DNA of 63,573 nucleotides, counting the filler, from Lama guanicoe (taxonomy: Eukaryota), in NCBI GenBank assembly GCA_013239625.1. It is 133 parts of 133 records of this genome, joined end to end, with 100 filler letters (N's around TTAATTAATTAA, not from the genome) between each part and the next. Parts side by side here need not be neighbours in the genome. Positions count along the whole stretch, not along the records: positions 39,203 to 39,581 come from PNXV01058875.1; positions 39,682 to 40,060 come from PNXV01058876.1; positions 40,161 to 40,539 come from PNXV01058877.1; positions 40,640 to 41,018 come from PNXV01058878.1; positions 41,119 to 41,498 come from PNXV01058879.1; positions 41,599 to 41,977 come from PNXV01058880.1; positions 42,078 to 42,457 come from PNXV01058881.1; positions 42,558 to 42,937 come from PNXV01058882.1; 125 more parts are not named here. The stretch is one strand, 5' to 3'. A program made the position numbers and the translations under genes. Below, piece by piece: positions 39,424 through 52,420 of the stretch. Numbering within the stretch: position 1 is the stretch's first letter; every line of letters begins with the position of its first letter. The notes below the pieces were generated by a model, which worked only from the letters and a program-made list of their open reading frames with translations, did not search any database and had not been told where the DNA came from.

Positions 39424-39729
39424 CTAGTGAGGCCACCAAGGCCCAGGCAGGCAGCCGAGCTGGGCTAAGGGTCAAGAGTGCAAATGCTGGACCCTCCAAC
39501 GGGGCAGACACGGAAGAGAGCAGGTGAGCCGAGCAAACTGAACACAGAGGCCACGGAGCAGTGCTGGCGGAGCCTCCCGGCNNNNNNNNNNNNNNNNNNN
39601 NNNNNNNNNNNNNNNNNNNNNNNNNTTAATTAATTAANNNNNNNNNNNNNNNNNNNNNNNNNNNNNNNNNNNNNNNNNNNNAAGGGGCTTCCTCCTCTGG
39701 CCCTGCCAGCAACTCTCCCTCAGGGCTCA

Positions 39730-40060
<331 letters not shown>

Positions 40061-41918
40061 NNNNNNNNNNNNNNNNNNNNNNNNNNNNNNNNNNNNNNNN
40101 NNNNTTAATTAATTAANNNNNNNNNNNNNNNNNNNNNNNNNNNNNNNNNNNNNNNNNNNNAGGACTCTGCCCACGAGATGTGTCTCCTCTGGACAGACTC
40201 TCGCAGGAGCCCACGTCCTCCTTGAAACACGCGCTGACTCCTCACCTCCTAACAGCCCCTCCCAGATCTGGACTTGGAAAAGACTCCGTGGAGGATGGGG
40301 AGGAGGTGACCCTGATCTGCACCATGTGCTGAGGGAGCAGGACTAGGAGCTCCCGGGTGATGGGGCCTCACAGGGAGGACGGTCACACGTCAGGGAGGAC
40401 AGTTTGCCCAAAACCCCCTGGAGTCTGACTCGTTGGCCAGCTGTCTGTGCCAACACCCACTGTGGCACTCTGTGTTCTGTCCCTTGCTGTCTACAGGGAC
40501 ACCTCCTCCAGGCACAGGGATGGCCCCTGGCCCCATGCANNNNNNNNNNNNNNNNNNNNNNNNNNNNNNNNNNNNNNNNNNNNTTAATTAATTAANNNNN
40601 NNNNNNNNNNNNNNNNNNNNNNNNNNNNNNNNNNNNNNNAGCCTGAAACTATGCTTTTAGCATGAAAATAAATAATATTCTGCAACTCTATCCTTTATCT
40701 TGAAGAATTACGTTGTCAAGACCTTTCTCTCTCTTTTCTCTCCATGTGTTTGAACTCATGATTGAACTAGCATGATCTGTTACCCTCTCTCCTTGCCTTT
40801 TCCAAGTTTCCATCTTCCTTCCTTCCTTCCTTCAGCAGTCAGCATTCTGCTCACTTCTTCAGCCAGCTCACAGGAGGCTTGCACCCAATTATCTTATTTT
40901 TTCTTGTTCAATGTGTGTACAGGCCTGAGTGTGGGGGGCACCTGTATGTCTCTCCCTGTTTGGAGACATGTGAATATTAACAAGAATTAGTCTATTTACA
41001 TAAAATTAAGTGTGACTTNNNNNNNNNNNNNNNNNNNNNNNNNNNNNNNNNNNNNNNNNNNNTTAATTAATTAANNNNNNNNNNNNNNNNNNNNNNNNNN
41101 NNNNNNNNNNNNNNNNNNTTCATTCACTGCATAAATAATTAATAAAAGTCACTGTTGAACTAGTTGGATCAAGGGAGGTAAGTTAGTCTAATCCTTGGCG
41201 TACATACATTTCACATACGTGAGATTACAAAGTACTACAACTCAATTAGATAATGTAACACTATTAAATAGTACTAGTTTTGAGCCCTATTAATCACTTA
41301 GAGAGTAATTTCCACATATAAACTAAAATAGCTATTTTGAAATATGCTAATATTTATAGAAATATGACAGAAAATATATGTAATGTTCATATTAGGAGCT
41401 AACAAATGAAAAACTGCCATTGTTCATAACTGAGTTATTATTTCACTTTCTCATTACTGTCAAAATTCAGAAGTTTCACAGAGTAGGTTTCTGTGCTCNN
41501 NNNNNNNNNNNNNNNNNNNNNNNNNNNNNNNNNNNNNNNNNNTTAATTAATTAANNNNNNNNNNNNNNNNNNNNNNNNNNNNNNNNNNNNNNNNNNNNTT
41601 TTTTTTTCCTGAGAATTTGGACATTCTTTAACTTTAGTTACAGCTCGTTGGGACACAGAAAAGCTTTGTTTCTTTCAGCAAATGGTCTCCTAGCCTGTGA
41701 GGTTCAGCGCTCCTAACTCTCTTTCTTAACTGTTCTGTCCTTGACAGCATCTCTTCCACGAAACAGTGGCATGTTTTACTGAGATTTCCTCCATGTGTCC
41801 TTAACTCTTTGCCTGGAACCAGTCACACCTCCTACAAAAAAATCAAGCAGTCAATCTCTTTATTCCATCTTAGACATTCAAAATTCTATTAAATACAAAA
41901 GAAAAATATTTAAAAACA

Positions 41919-41977
41919 GGGAGGAGGATACAGCTCAGTGGTAGAGCGTGTGCTTAGCATGCACAAGGTCCTGGGTT
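41919..41977 (+). mobile_element. tRNA-derived SINE 5' head (camelid Vic-1-like), cut by the contig end
   Basis: gggaggaggatacagctcagtggtagagcgtgtgcttagcatgcacaaggtcctgggtt has an A-box and the start of a B-box, after an A-rich target. Confidence 0.85.
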
Positions 41978-44954
41978 NNNNNNNNNNNNNNNNNNNNNNN
42001 NNNNNNNNNNNNNNNNNNNNNTTAATTAATTAANNNNNNNNNNNNNNNNNNNNNNNNNNNNNNNNNNNNNNNNNNNNGTAGGATAATGAAAGTAGATCTG
42101 ACACCGAGACATATCAGAACTCTGCAAAATAACAAGTCTTCTGGAGGAAAGAAACAGATAACATGTTACCTAAAAGGAAGATGATTAGGCACAGAAGATG
42201 TCAGAAGACAATGGAATAATACCTTCAAAATGGTTAAGGAAAAATACCAATCAAGAATGGGATAAAATAAAGACATTTGAAGGCAAAGGTTGACTGGACT
42301 TTGACTCACTGGAAAATTTCTAAAAGATACACATTAGCAAGAAGTAAACTGAACCTAAAAAGATAGAATGAGATAAAATTGGTCAGGAAGTTTAATCAAG
42401 TGTGTACTCAGTAATAATCATTAATTTAATGGTGTTTCAAAACAAATTAGATTAAAANNNNNNNNNNNNNNNNNNNNNNNNNNNNNNNNNNNNNNNNNNN
42501 NTTAATTAATTAANNNNNNNNNNNNNNNNNNNNNNNNNNNNNNNNNNNNNNNNNNNNACACCAGGGGGACAATGACACAAATGCTGCACCACCACTCCAT
42601 ACTGACGTGCTGCGGCGCCCGGGCAGAACTGGTCACTGAAGAAGCTGAGGCCTCGCACCCACACGAGGTCCGGCCCCCAGAGTGAAAGGTAAGCGCCCCA
42701 CGCACGAGCAGGCGGCGACAGAGTCACTGGAGAGAGGCTACAAAAGACGGGAGTCTGCAGTTATTAAACGTAAGAGGAAGAATGGAAACGCTCACAAAAT
42801 TTTTAAAGTGTCATGAAAAGAAAAGGCAAATTTAAAAAGTAGCCAACAGAACTTCTACGAGTGAAAAATACCGCCACTGAAACTCGACATTCAGAGGTGA
42901 GGATAAATACCAGGTAAGACAGAGCCAAAGCGGAAATNNNNNNNNNNNNNNNNNNNNNNNNNNNNNNNNNNNNNNNNNNNNTTAATTAATTAANNNNNNN
43001 NNNNNNNNNNNNNNNNNNNNNNNNNNNNNNNNNNNNNCCAGGCCGGGTTGGGGCTGAGCCCTGAAACTGCACGCAGGGGATCCGCAACCTCCTAGGTAGG
43101 ACTGAGACTTGTTTACAGCTGAAGTCAGATAGAATCTTTCTGCCCTGGTCCCTCAGAGAACTCAAGCTGCCAAGACAAACAAGGAGCTGAGATTTGGCAT
43201 GGAGCAGAGGTGGGGCTGTTCCACGGCCTTCATTTAGCCCACCTTCAGAACACCAACCCGAGGCAGTGTGGGCACAGCAGCAGAGTGACCAGTGCTGGGA
43301 AAGAGTGGGTGGCAACCCACTTTCCTGGCAGAAACACAGCACCTGACCATGGTGCTGGGAGAGGGCACGATCCACCCACCTGCCTCCCCCGAGTGCAGCA
43401 TCTGACTGCAGCATCANNNNNNNNNNNNNNNNNNNNNNNNNNNNNNNNNNNNNNNNNNNNTTAATTAATTAANNNNNNNNNNNNNNNNNNNNNNNNNNNN
43501 NNNNNNNNNNNNNNNNCATCCTGAAGTAGATTTCCTTCTGGATACAAGCCCAGGAGTGGGATTCTGGTATATTTCAATATGGTTCCTTTTCCCCTCCCTC
43601 TGCTAGAAAAAATGGGGAATTTGATCTAGTAAACTTGATCTATTTTCTGTCCCTCTAGTTTTGCCTTTTCTAGAATGTCCTATAATCATAAAGTATGTAA
43701 CCATTTGTGTGTGGTTTCTTTCACTTATCATGCTGCTTTTAAGATTGATCTATTGTTGGATGTATTAGTAGTACATTTTTTTCTGTCATTAATATTCCAA
43801 TAGATGTATGCCAGTTTCTTTATTTGTCCATTTGAGTTGTGTCTAGTTGAGGTGTGCTATTTTGAATAAAACTGCTTGAATATTTAAAAAAAAANNNNNN
43901 NNNNNNNNNNNNNNNNNNNNNNNNNNNNNNNNNNNNNNTTAATTAATTAANNNNNNNNNNNNNNNNNNNNNNNNNNNNNNNNNNNNNNNNNNNNGTCAAT
44001 GAAGAAAAATAAAATTGACATCTTGCCTAGAAAAGAATCTGCCTGATCCAACAGTCAGCAGCATTCCAATGTCTAGAAGTAAAGCGGGAAAGAATGATTG
44101 ATACTAATTCCTACATCCTAAGAGAAGTTAATTCTGGGCCAAAAAAGGAGGTAAGCATGAGCCAGGGCAGCTCAAATAGCTGTGTAGGCAAAAGGACCCA
44201 AGATAAAGCCAAAACTGTCTTACACTAGAAGTTATGGATAAGTATGATTTAAAAAAGTATATCATTTAGCATTCATCAAGATTTTGAGTTTACAAAAACA
44301 CAAAGGATATATTTATATGTTCTCTAACTGGAGCTACCCTGTGTAGCCTTATCAATTCTGCAGCACTGAGATATNNNNNNNNNNNNNNNNNNNNNNNNNN
44401 NNNNNNNNNNNNNNNNNNTTAATTAATTAANNNNNNNNNNNNNNNNNNNNNNNNNNNNNNNNNNNNNNNNNNNNAGAAACAATAATTAGTACATATATGT
44501 AAACTAAAAAAATGCAGTATACTCTTTACATGTATTTACATGCAATATGTTTATGTGGAGTTGAACTGTAATAATTCTACCTAATAATACTGAACAAGGA
44601 AAAATATTAAAAAAAACACGCCTCTTTAAATATTAAAGCGTTCAGTTCTGAGATTCTGTGAAAGACAACATGGAAGTAGGTTGTTATGTTTTTCTCCTTG
44701 TGCCTCAGTGAGCAGCCTGGGCTGCAGAGCTTGGCCGCCACAGACACCCAGGACTTACCGGCTTGCTCCTCACTTGTTGGGAGGAAGGTTAGCTGTTTCA
44801 GGAGCATTTATGCTCTTAGAAGTTGCTGAAAACTCCACAGAGCTTCTGTTTACANNNNNNNNNNNNNNNNNNNNNNNNNNNNNNNNNNNNNNNNNNNNTT
44901 AATTAATTAANNNNNNNNNNNNNNNNNNNNNNNNNNNNNNNNNNNNNNNNNNNN

Positions 44955-45334
44955 AAGACCCAGCCCCACCCAACAGCCTGTGGGGAAGCCTCAGGCCAGA
45001 CACCACACAGGGTGGGAGCACAGCCCCACCTGTCGGCAGACCTCCCGAGCCACAAAGGCCCCTAGACAGGACCCTGCCCACCAGAGGTCCGGGACCAAGC
45101 CCCACCCAGCAGAGGGCAGGCGGCGGCTCCTCCTGCCGGGAACCTGCACAAGCCCCATCCACCAGGGGCGGGCACCAGAAACAAGAAAACAGCAATCCCA
45201 GAGCCTGTGGAAGGAGTCCACACACACAGGCCAGACTCCACCCTGGGACCGGCTGGACCCTGGCTCTTGGGTGACAAGAGAGGACTGCACTGCTGGGACG
45301 CACAGGACGTCTCCCACAGAGGGCCACCTCTCCA
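44955..45334 (+). mobile_element. Probable LINE-1 5'UTR fragment
   Basis: ccagaggtccgggaccaagc...catccaccaggggcgggcaccagaaac is shared with 50232-50350, so it is a dispersed repeat; it resembles artiodactyl L1 5'UTR. Confidence 0.6.
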
Positions 45335-46394
45335 NNNNNNNNNNNNNNNNNNNNNNNNNNNNNNNNNNNNNNNNNNNNTTAATTAATTAANNNNNNNNNN
45401 NNNNNNNNNNNNNNNNNNNNNNNNNNNNNNNNNNGGAGTCTAGCAAGTCTCCGTCCACCTGCCCTCTGGTCTAGAAAGCCCTTGCCTTTCTGCCTCAGAA
45501 TGTGCTTGACAGTCTTCCTCACCTTTTCCAGGGAAGGTGGTTTTTGTTCACACCTGCCTGTGGGCTTCACGTTTTACTCTGCAGCCCTGGGTTCTCTTCT
45601 TGGTTGAGACCTGTGGAACCTCAGTGTCCTCTTACAAGTATATATAATATATAAACTTGGTGAAGGACCAGTATGTTTGTGACAGCCATTACAGAGATGA
45701 ACAGTTTTCACTTACATCTTTAAGGAAACAGTAAATATTTATGAAAGGTTTATGGGCGTATGTGATAGATGTGAAGAACCTCTCGTCTGCAGCGCTCAGC
45801 TCGCAAAGTAAAACNNNNNNNNNNNNNNNNNNNNNNNNNNNNNNNNNNNNNNNNNNNNTTAATTAATTAANNNNNNNNNNNNNNNNNNNNNNNNNNNNNN
45901 NNNNNNNNNNNNNNAGTCTAACAGAAGTCTGAATTTTTGGAAGACATATGGCAATATTAAAGCAGATACAAATCTCTAAGTAATAGATAAAAATACATAC
46001 TAAAAAAGTGGTTAATCATGGTAGCATATGGCCAATCCTTAGAGACCACTTGCCAGGCTAATTTGAACTATCAGTCAAACTCTTGCAGGTTGTTTATTCT
46101 CTTAAAAATCCATCTAATCTGATTGTTATCTAGCCTGCGTTGATTTCTTCATCTAGACCTCAAAGAATATCAAGAACTCATTCTATGGTGACACACACAC
46201 ATAAAGTAATGCCAGCGTAATATCGTAATAAAAAAGTTAACATACCTTACTGGTGAAGGATGCATGCTTGCCCCATTGTCATTGCCTTTTTTTTNNNNNN
46301 NNNNNNNNNNNNNNNNNNNNNNNNNNNNNNNNNNNNNNTTAATTAATTAANNNNNNNNNNNNNNNNNNNNNNNNNNNNNNNNNNNNNNNNNNNN

Positions 46395-46771
46395 CAGCAA
46401 TTCCACTCCTGGGTATACATCTGAAAGAAAAAAACACTAACTCAGAAAGATATAAGCACCCCAATGTTCAAAGCAGCATTATTTACAGTTGCCAAGGTTT
46501 GGAGGCACCCTAAGTGTCCCTCAACAGAGAATGGATAAAGGAGATGTTGTACATATGTACAATGGAATACTACTCAGCCATAAAAAGAATGAAAATTTGC
46601 CATCTGCAGCAACATGGATGGGCTTGGAGGGCATTATGCTAAGTGAAATAAGTCAGAGAGAGAAAGACAAATACTGTGTGATATCACTTATATGTGGAAA
46701 CTAAAAAAATACAACAAACTACTGAATAAAACAAAAAAGCAGCAGACTCACAGATACAGAGAACAAACTAG
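46395..46771 (+). mobile_element. LINE-1 ORF2 end and 3'UTR
   Basis: ENLPSAATWMGLEGIMLSEISQREKDKYCVISLICGN is the L1 ORF2p C-terminus. Confidence 0.95.
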
Positions 46772-46871
46772 NNNNNNNNNNNNNNNNNNNNNNNNNNNNN
46801 NNNNNNNNNNNNNNNTTAATTAATTAANNNNNNNNNNNNNNNNNNNNNNNNNNNNNNNNNNNNNNNNNNNN

Positions 46872-47251
46872 ACATTTATTGTATTGTAGTTCTAGAGGCA
46901 AGAAGTGTGATGTCAAGGTGTGGCAGGGCTATGCCCGCTGAAGGTGCTGGGGAAGAATCTGTTCCAAGCCTCTCTCATAGTGTCTAGTGGTTTGCCAGCA
47001 ATCTTGGACATTCTTGGCTGTGGCAACAAAGCTCTGAACTGAAATGTCATTCTCCCTGTGTGCATGTCTATGTCCACATTTCCCTTTTTTATAAGGACAA
47101 CAGTCTTATTGTTTTAGGGACCCACTCTGCTCCATCTTACCTAATGATATCTGCAATGATTTTATTTCCAAACAAAGTCACCTTCTGAAGGTTAGGACTT
47201 TCAACATATGAATTTAGGAGAAGTAGTGAGGGAGATACAATTTAACCTATA
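46872..47251 (-). mobile_element. MaLR LTR (MLT1-type)
   Basis: agttctagaggcaagaagtgtgatgtcaaggtgtggcagggc...tttccaaacaaagtcaccttctgaaggttaggac. Confidence 0.9.
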
Positions 47252-47351
47252 NNNNNNNNNNNNNNNNNNNNNNNNNNNNNNNNNNNNNNNNNNNNTTAAT
47301 TAATTAANNNNNNNNNNNNNNNNNNNNNNNNNNNNNNNNNNNNNNNNNNNN

Positions 47352-47731
47352 GACCTTATTTGAATTCTAATAAACCTAGATATAATAAAAGTGTTATAAT
47401 TAATGCTGATAACTTTAAAGGCATGCTTCTTTGAATTAAACCAACAAAAGTAAACTAGCTTTTACTTACCAAAGATTATCTTAGATCACATGAACTTGAA
47501 GACTTTTGTGTTAGTTTCTATACTTCTGAGAGTATGTTTGATTTATATAAACCTGTGTTTTCATTTAAGCCAATTCCATAGAGCTCTTTACAAATTAATT
47601 CTGGCAATGTCATCAAGAGGTAGAAAACAATCACACATTTATGACATACATTTATAATATATTTAGACATACAGGCAGATGCAAACAAAGATCATATAGC
47701 TTTCATTTAAAAATTTCAACCATAAGACATG
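47352..47731. mobile_element. Probable ERV1 (MER4-group-like) internal fragment
   Basis: AT-rich sequence with taccaaagattatcttagatcacatgaacttgaa...gttagtttcta, resembling MER4-group internal regions. Confidence 0.45.
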
Positions 47732-47831
47732 NNNNNNNNNNNNNNNNNNNNNNNNNNNNNNNNNNNNNNNNNNNNTTAATTAATTAANNNNNNNNNNNNN
47801 NNNNNNNNNNNNNNNNNNNNNNNNNNNNNNN

Positions 47832-48211
47832 TACATTGGTGCAGCCTCTGTGGAAAAAAGTATCAATGTTTCCACAAAACGTTAAAAATTAAACCTCCAT
47901 AAGATTCAGCAGTCCCACTTTTGGTTATATACCCAAAGCAAATGAAATCAGGATCTCAGAGAGACCTCTGCACTCAGCATTATTAATAGCCAAGGTCTAC
48001 AACTAACCCAAGTGTCTGAATATAATTGAATATATACGTGAAATATTTTATATAGAGAGAATAGAATATTTTTCTGCTATGATAAAGAAGAAAATCTGTC
48101 ATTTGCAACAACATGTGTGAATGTGGAGGACCTTATGTTGATGAAACAAGCCAGACTGGGAAACATGAATATTGTATGATCTCACTAATCTGTGGAATCT
48201 TTTAAAAAAAA
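47832..48211 (+). mobile_element. LINE-1 ORF2 3' fragment (diverged)
   Basis: attggtgcagcctctgtggaaaa...cagcagtcccacttttggttatatacccaaag...tgatctcactaatctgtggaatct. Confidence 0.9.
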
Positions 48212-49751
48212 NNNNNNNNNNNNNNNNNNNNNNNNNNNNNNNNNNNNNNNNNNNNTTAATTAATTAANNNNNNNNNNNNNNNNNNNNNNNNNNNNNNNNN
48301 NNNNNNNNNNNCAAGAGGTGCAAGGGCCACGGTCTATGTAACAGTCCCCTCTAATGGTGGAGAGATTGGCGTGCCTGTGCTCATTGACTCACACTGTCAC
48401 TTTTTGACGTTTTAAAATATTGTCACAGAACAAACCAATCTGTAACCTACTTTTCATTTATGTAGTGGGATTCATGAATTTCTGACATCCCTGTCATATT
48501 TCCAACGGTTACCATTTTTCTCTCAGCAACTGAAGGGTCATCCTTGTTCCCCTGGCTGCCGCCCTGCTGACAACACACTCCTGATGTCCACAGGATGGCT
48601 CAGAACACGGGCTCAGCAGTCAGACTCACTGGCTTTGTCTTCCAGAGCTTCCACCTCGTAAAAGCTATGTAACTTCGGGCAAATTATGTAANNNNNNNNN
48701 NNNNNNNNNNNNNNNNNNNNNNNNNNNNNNNNNNNTTAATTAATTAANNNNNNNNNNNNNNNNNNNNNNNNNNNNNNNNNNNNNNNNNNNNCATTTGTGT
48801 ACTTTTGAATGATGGCCAGTCTGACTGGTGTGAGGTGATAGCTTATTGCAGTTTTGATGTGCATTTTTTCATGTGCCTATTGGCTGTATGTCTTCATTGG
48901 GAAATTGCTTCTTTGAAGTTTCATCATGTATAGGTTCATGGCTCCACCACCATAATCAAGATACTAATAGGGATCCCTTGTGTTGCCCTAATATAATCAC
49001 AACCCTCTTTCCTCCTGCCCCTTGACTCCTATACCATGACAACTATTAATCTCTCCATTTCTATAATATTTCAAATGTTATATAAATGAAAATGCCACAT
49101 TTTGTTTTTTTTTTTCACTAAGCATATATCCTTTGAAATCCATCCAAGTCAATAGCTTGTTCCTTTTATTGNNNNNNNNNNNNNNNNNNNNNNNNNNNNN
49201 NNNNNNNNNNNNNNNTTAATTAATTAANNNNNNNNNNNNNNNNNNNNNNNNNNNNNNNNNNNNNNNNNNNNCCTTATTTGGTAAACATTTCATATGAACC
49301 CCATTTGGATAGTTGCCATGGACAGTTTGCCTACTATAATTCATTATTTCACATAATTCATATGCATGTCATTGCTTTATTCTAGCAGGAATTTTAACTA
49401 TAACCCAACCCGGAAGTGCCCCCAGACCACTGATTTATATGTACCTCCTTTGATAGTAATGACCTTCAAAACTCAAGACTGTGTATATTGAACAGGCGAT
49501 GGGCTTAGCCTGTTCTTTCTCGCAATTTTAGAACAAACTCAGCATCTCTATGTGATCCGGTGTTTGACAACCATTTATTCCTATATTGTCAACATCCCGT
49601 CTTGTCTCAATTAATTTTTCAGTAACTATCAATTTGCTTCCTGAGAATTCANNNNNNNNNNNNNNNNNNNNNNNNNNNNNNNNNNNNNNNNNNNNTTAAT
49701 TAATTAANNNNNNNNNNNNNNNNNNNNNNNNNNNNNNNNNNNNNNNNNNNN

Positions 49752-50131
49752 GATTTTAGGCCTTTTCCAGAGGAAGTTGTTCCACATGTAGCTGTAGGTT
49801 TGGTGTGCTTACCGGAGGAGGGGAGTCCAGGACCCAGTTATGTCGCCATCTTGAGCATGAACAGGGACCATCTTTCTACTGTGGATGGAAATCATCAATA
49901 AACAGTTTATAATAGGAATAGAAGAGTTTAATTGAAGCAAACTGAGGACTGTAGCTCGGGAGATACAGATTCAAGAAGAACTTGAATTGTGCTCCGCAGA
50001 CTACAAAAGAGGGGAGGCTTATAAAGGCAAAAACTGCAAAATTTCATAAATTGTCAGAAATTAGGATTGAGGCTGGCAAGAAGTAAGGTGCTTGTTAAAC
50101 AAGGGTTTTGGAGAATCCAAAATGGTTGCAG
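49752..50131 (-). mobile_element. L1 5' terminus (49752-~49853) followed by an ERV LTR fragment (~49880-50131)
   Basis: gtcgccatcttga is the reverse of the L1 start aagatggcgac. The second part (gaagagtttaattgaagcaaactgaggactgtagctcggga) resembles an antisense LTR. Confidence 0.6.
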
Positions 50132-52301
50132 NNNNNNNNNNNNNNNNNNNNNNNNNNNNNNNNNNNNNNNNNNNNTTAATTAATTAANNNNNNNNNNNNN
50201 NNNNNNNNNNNNNNNNNNNNNNNNNNNNNNNCCAGAGGTCCAGGACCAAGCTTCACCCAGCAGTGGGCAGGCACCGACTCTTCCTGCCAGGAAACCTGCA
50301 TAAGCCTATAGTGCAGCCTCATCCACCAGGGGACAGACACCAGAAATATGTGCGAAAAAAAAAACCCCAACTTTTTGAGAATTGGGGCTTTTATAGTTTG
50401 ATTTAGTTGATTTCCAAAGATGTTATTTTAAATACTATCTTAGGAAATCTTTTACCACAGACTTTGAGTTTTTCTACTACACTTACATTACTATCTGGGC
50501 AACATTATTTGGGCTAAAATCTTTCATTAGTCCTGTCATTTCACATAAAGGAATTTGGTCTCTTTATGTGAACTGCTACACTTGATAGTAATAAGGAAAA
50601 GATTTTCTGATNNNNNNNNNNNNNNNNNNNNNNNNNNNNNNNNNNNNNNNNNNNNTTAATTAATTAANNNNNNNNNNNNNNNNNNNNNNNNNNNNNNNNN
50701 NNNNNNNNNNNTACTCAACTATTTGATGCATAAACACACATTAATAATTATGATCTTATATATGCCACTCAAATAAAAACTGTTTCCTGAAGATCTACCA
50801 TTAATTGTCAAAACTTTTAAGATATGTCTTCTTTGGAAAAGTATATATATGTATTTATTTATTTATTTTCCTTGAGTAAATTTCTTTGACTGAAGAAATA
50901 AAAAGCAAAAGTCTACACCATATTTTTTCCTAAAATGCCATTCATTTAAATACTAAATGGCTTTTCTAGTATACCACTGAAGGGCAATCTCTCAATTTAG
51001 TGTAAAAACATGCATGAATTTTGGGAAGTTGATCTATCATTTGTTCATTTGGGCTTATAGTGTCCTTTCATCATGAAGACAGACTCTAAGGNNNNNNNNN
51101 NNNNNNNNNNNNNNNNNNNNNNNNNNNNNNNNNNNTTAATTAATTAANNNNNNNNNNNNNNNNNNNNNNNNNNNNNNNNNNNNNNNNNNNNTAATACCAA
51201 GGAATGTCATAGATACTGGAAATTACGAATCTCCAAAGGACCATAAAACCCTCAGCTAGAAGGAATGTTAAAATGTAATATAGTCTATTCTCAACTTCTA
51301 CTGAGATTGACTGAACATAAAACTTCTCTAAGAGATGAGTATAATCCACACGTGTTCTAAACCTAAGAGGCTCTGAACTCCGGAAGGATCCTTCCAGATT
51401 GAGTGGGAAAAGATTCAGTGACAAGCCACCCTGACCCCTCGTTGGGAGATCTTCAGCAATCGAGTTGACTCTCGGTTAATGTGCCTGACGCATTCTTACT
51501 CTGTGGTTGTCAAATGAGATCAGATCTCTCAAATTTTCTGTCTCACCTTCCTTCTTCCATGTCTTTTTTTTNNNNNNNNNNNNNNNNNNNNNNNNNNNNN
51601 NNNNNNNNNNNNNNNTTAATTAATTAANNNNNNNNNNNNNNNNNNNNNNNNNNNNNNNNNNNNNNNNNNNNCCCCCCGTCCCCAGATGCCCCACTGCTCC
51701 GTCCCCCTGGCCGGGCTCCCTCTCAGCACCCTCCCAGCCACCCCGATCCCTCTCCTTCTCTTCCCGGCCCCTCTGTGTTCTCCAGCCCTCGCTCTTCCCA
51801 CAAAGGACCCAGGTCTGACCTGCGTTCATGCCTGTCTGCCCCGCACACCCTGGGCGTTAGGGACACAGGCTGTGGAGTTTGATGGCTCTCATCCCAGAGC
51901 CTTCCTATGAGATCCGGGGACCATTACTTAACCTCTCAGTTTCCTCATTTGCAAAATGAGGTATTAGCATCCATGTCTTGGGCAGCAGTGACAAATGCAT
52001 CAATGAACTGGTGAAGTGGTTGTCACGGGCCCGCGCACAGTAGAGGTCCTGNNNNNNNNNNNNNNNNNNNNNNNNNNNNNNNNNNNNNNNNNNNNTTAAT
52101 TAATTAANNNNNNNNNNNNNNNNNNNNNNNNNNNNNNNNNNNNNNNNNNNNTCCTGCCTCCGGTACCTTACGACTTGGCCTGCCTGACATGACCAGCTGT
52201 AAGTCAGGGAAATCCGGGAGGACAGTGATGCTGATAATAATGATCACAACAAATATTTCCTTATCATTTTTAAAGAATACTGTTCTTTAAAGCACAGTTA
52301 T

Positions 52302-52420
52302 TGTTACCGAGTCCACGCTCTTACTACTCGCCACACGACAGGCCAACAAATCGGGAGACTAGGTGTTGGGGCAAAGAGCAGTGACTTTATTCGGAAAGCC
52401 TGCAGACCAAGAAGATGGGA
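52302..52420 (-). mobile_element. ERV1 LTR terminus fragment
   Basis: TGttaccgagtcc...gtgttggggcaaagagcagtgactttattcggaaagcc, with a reverse AATAAA. Confidence 0.65.
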
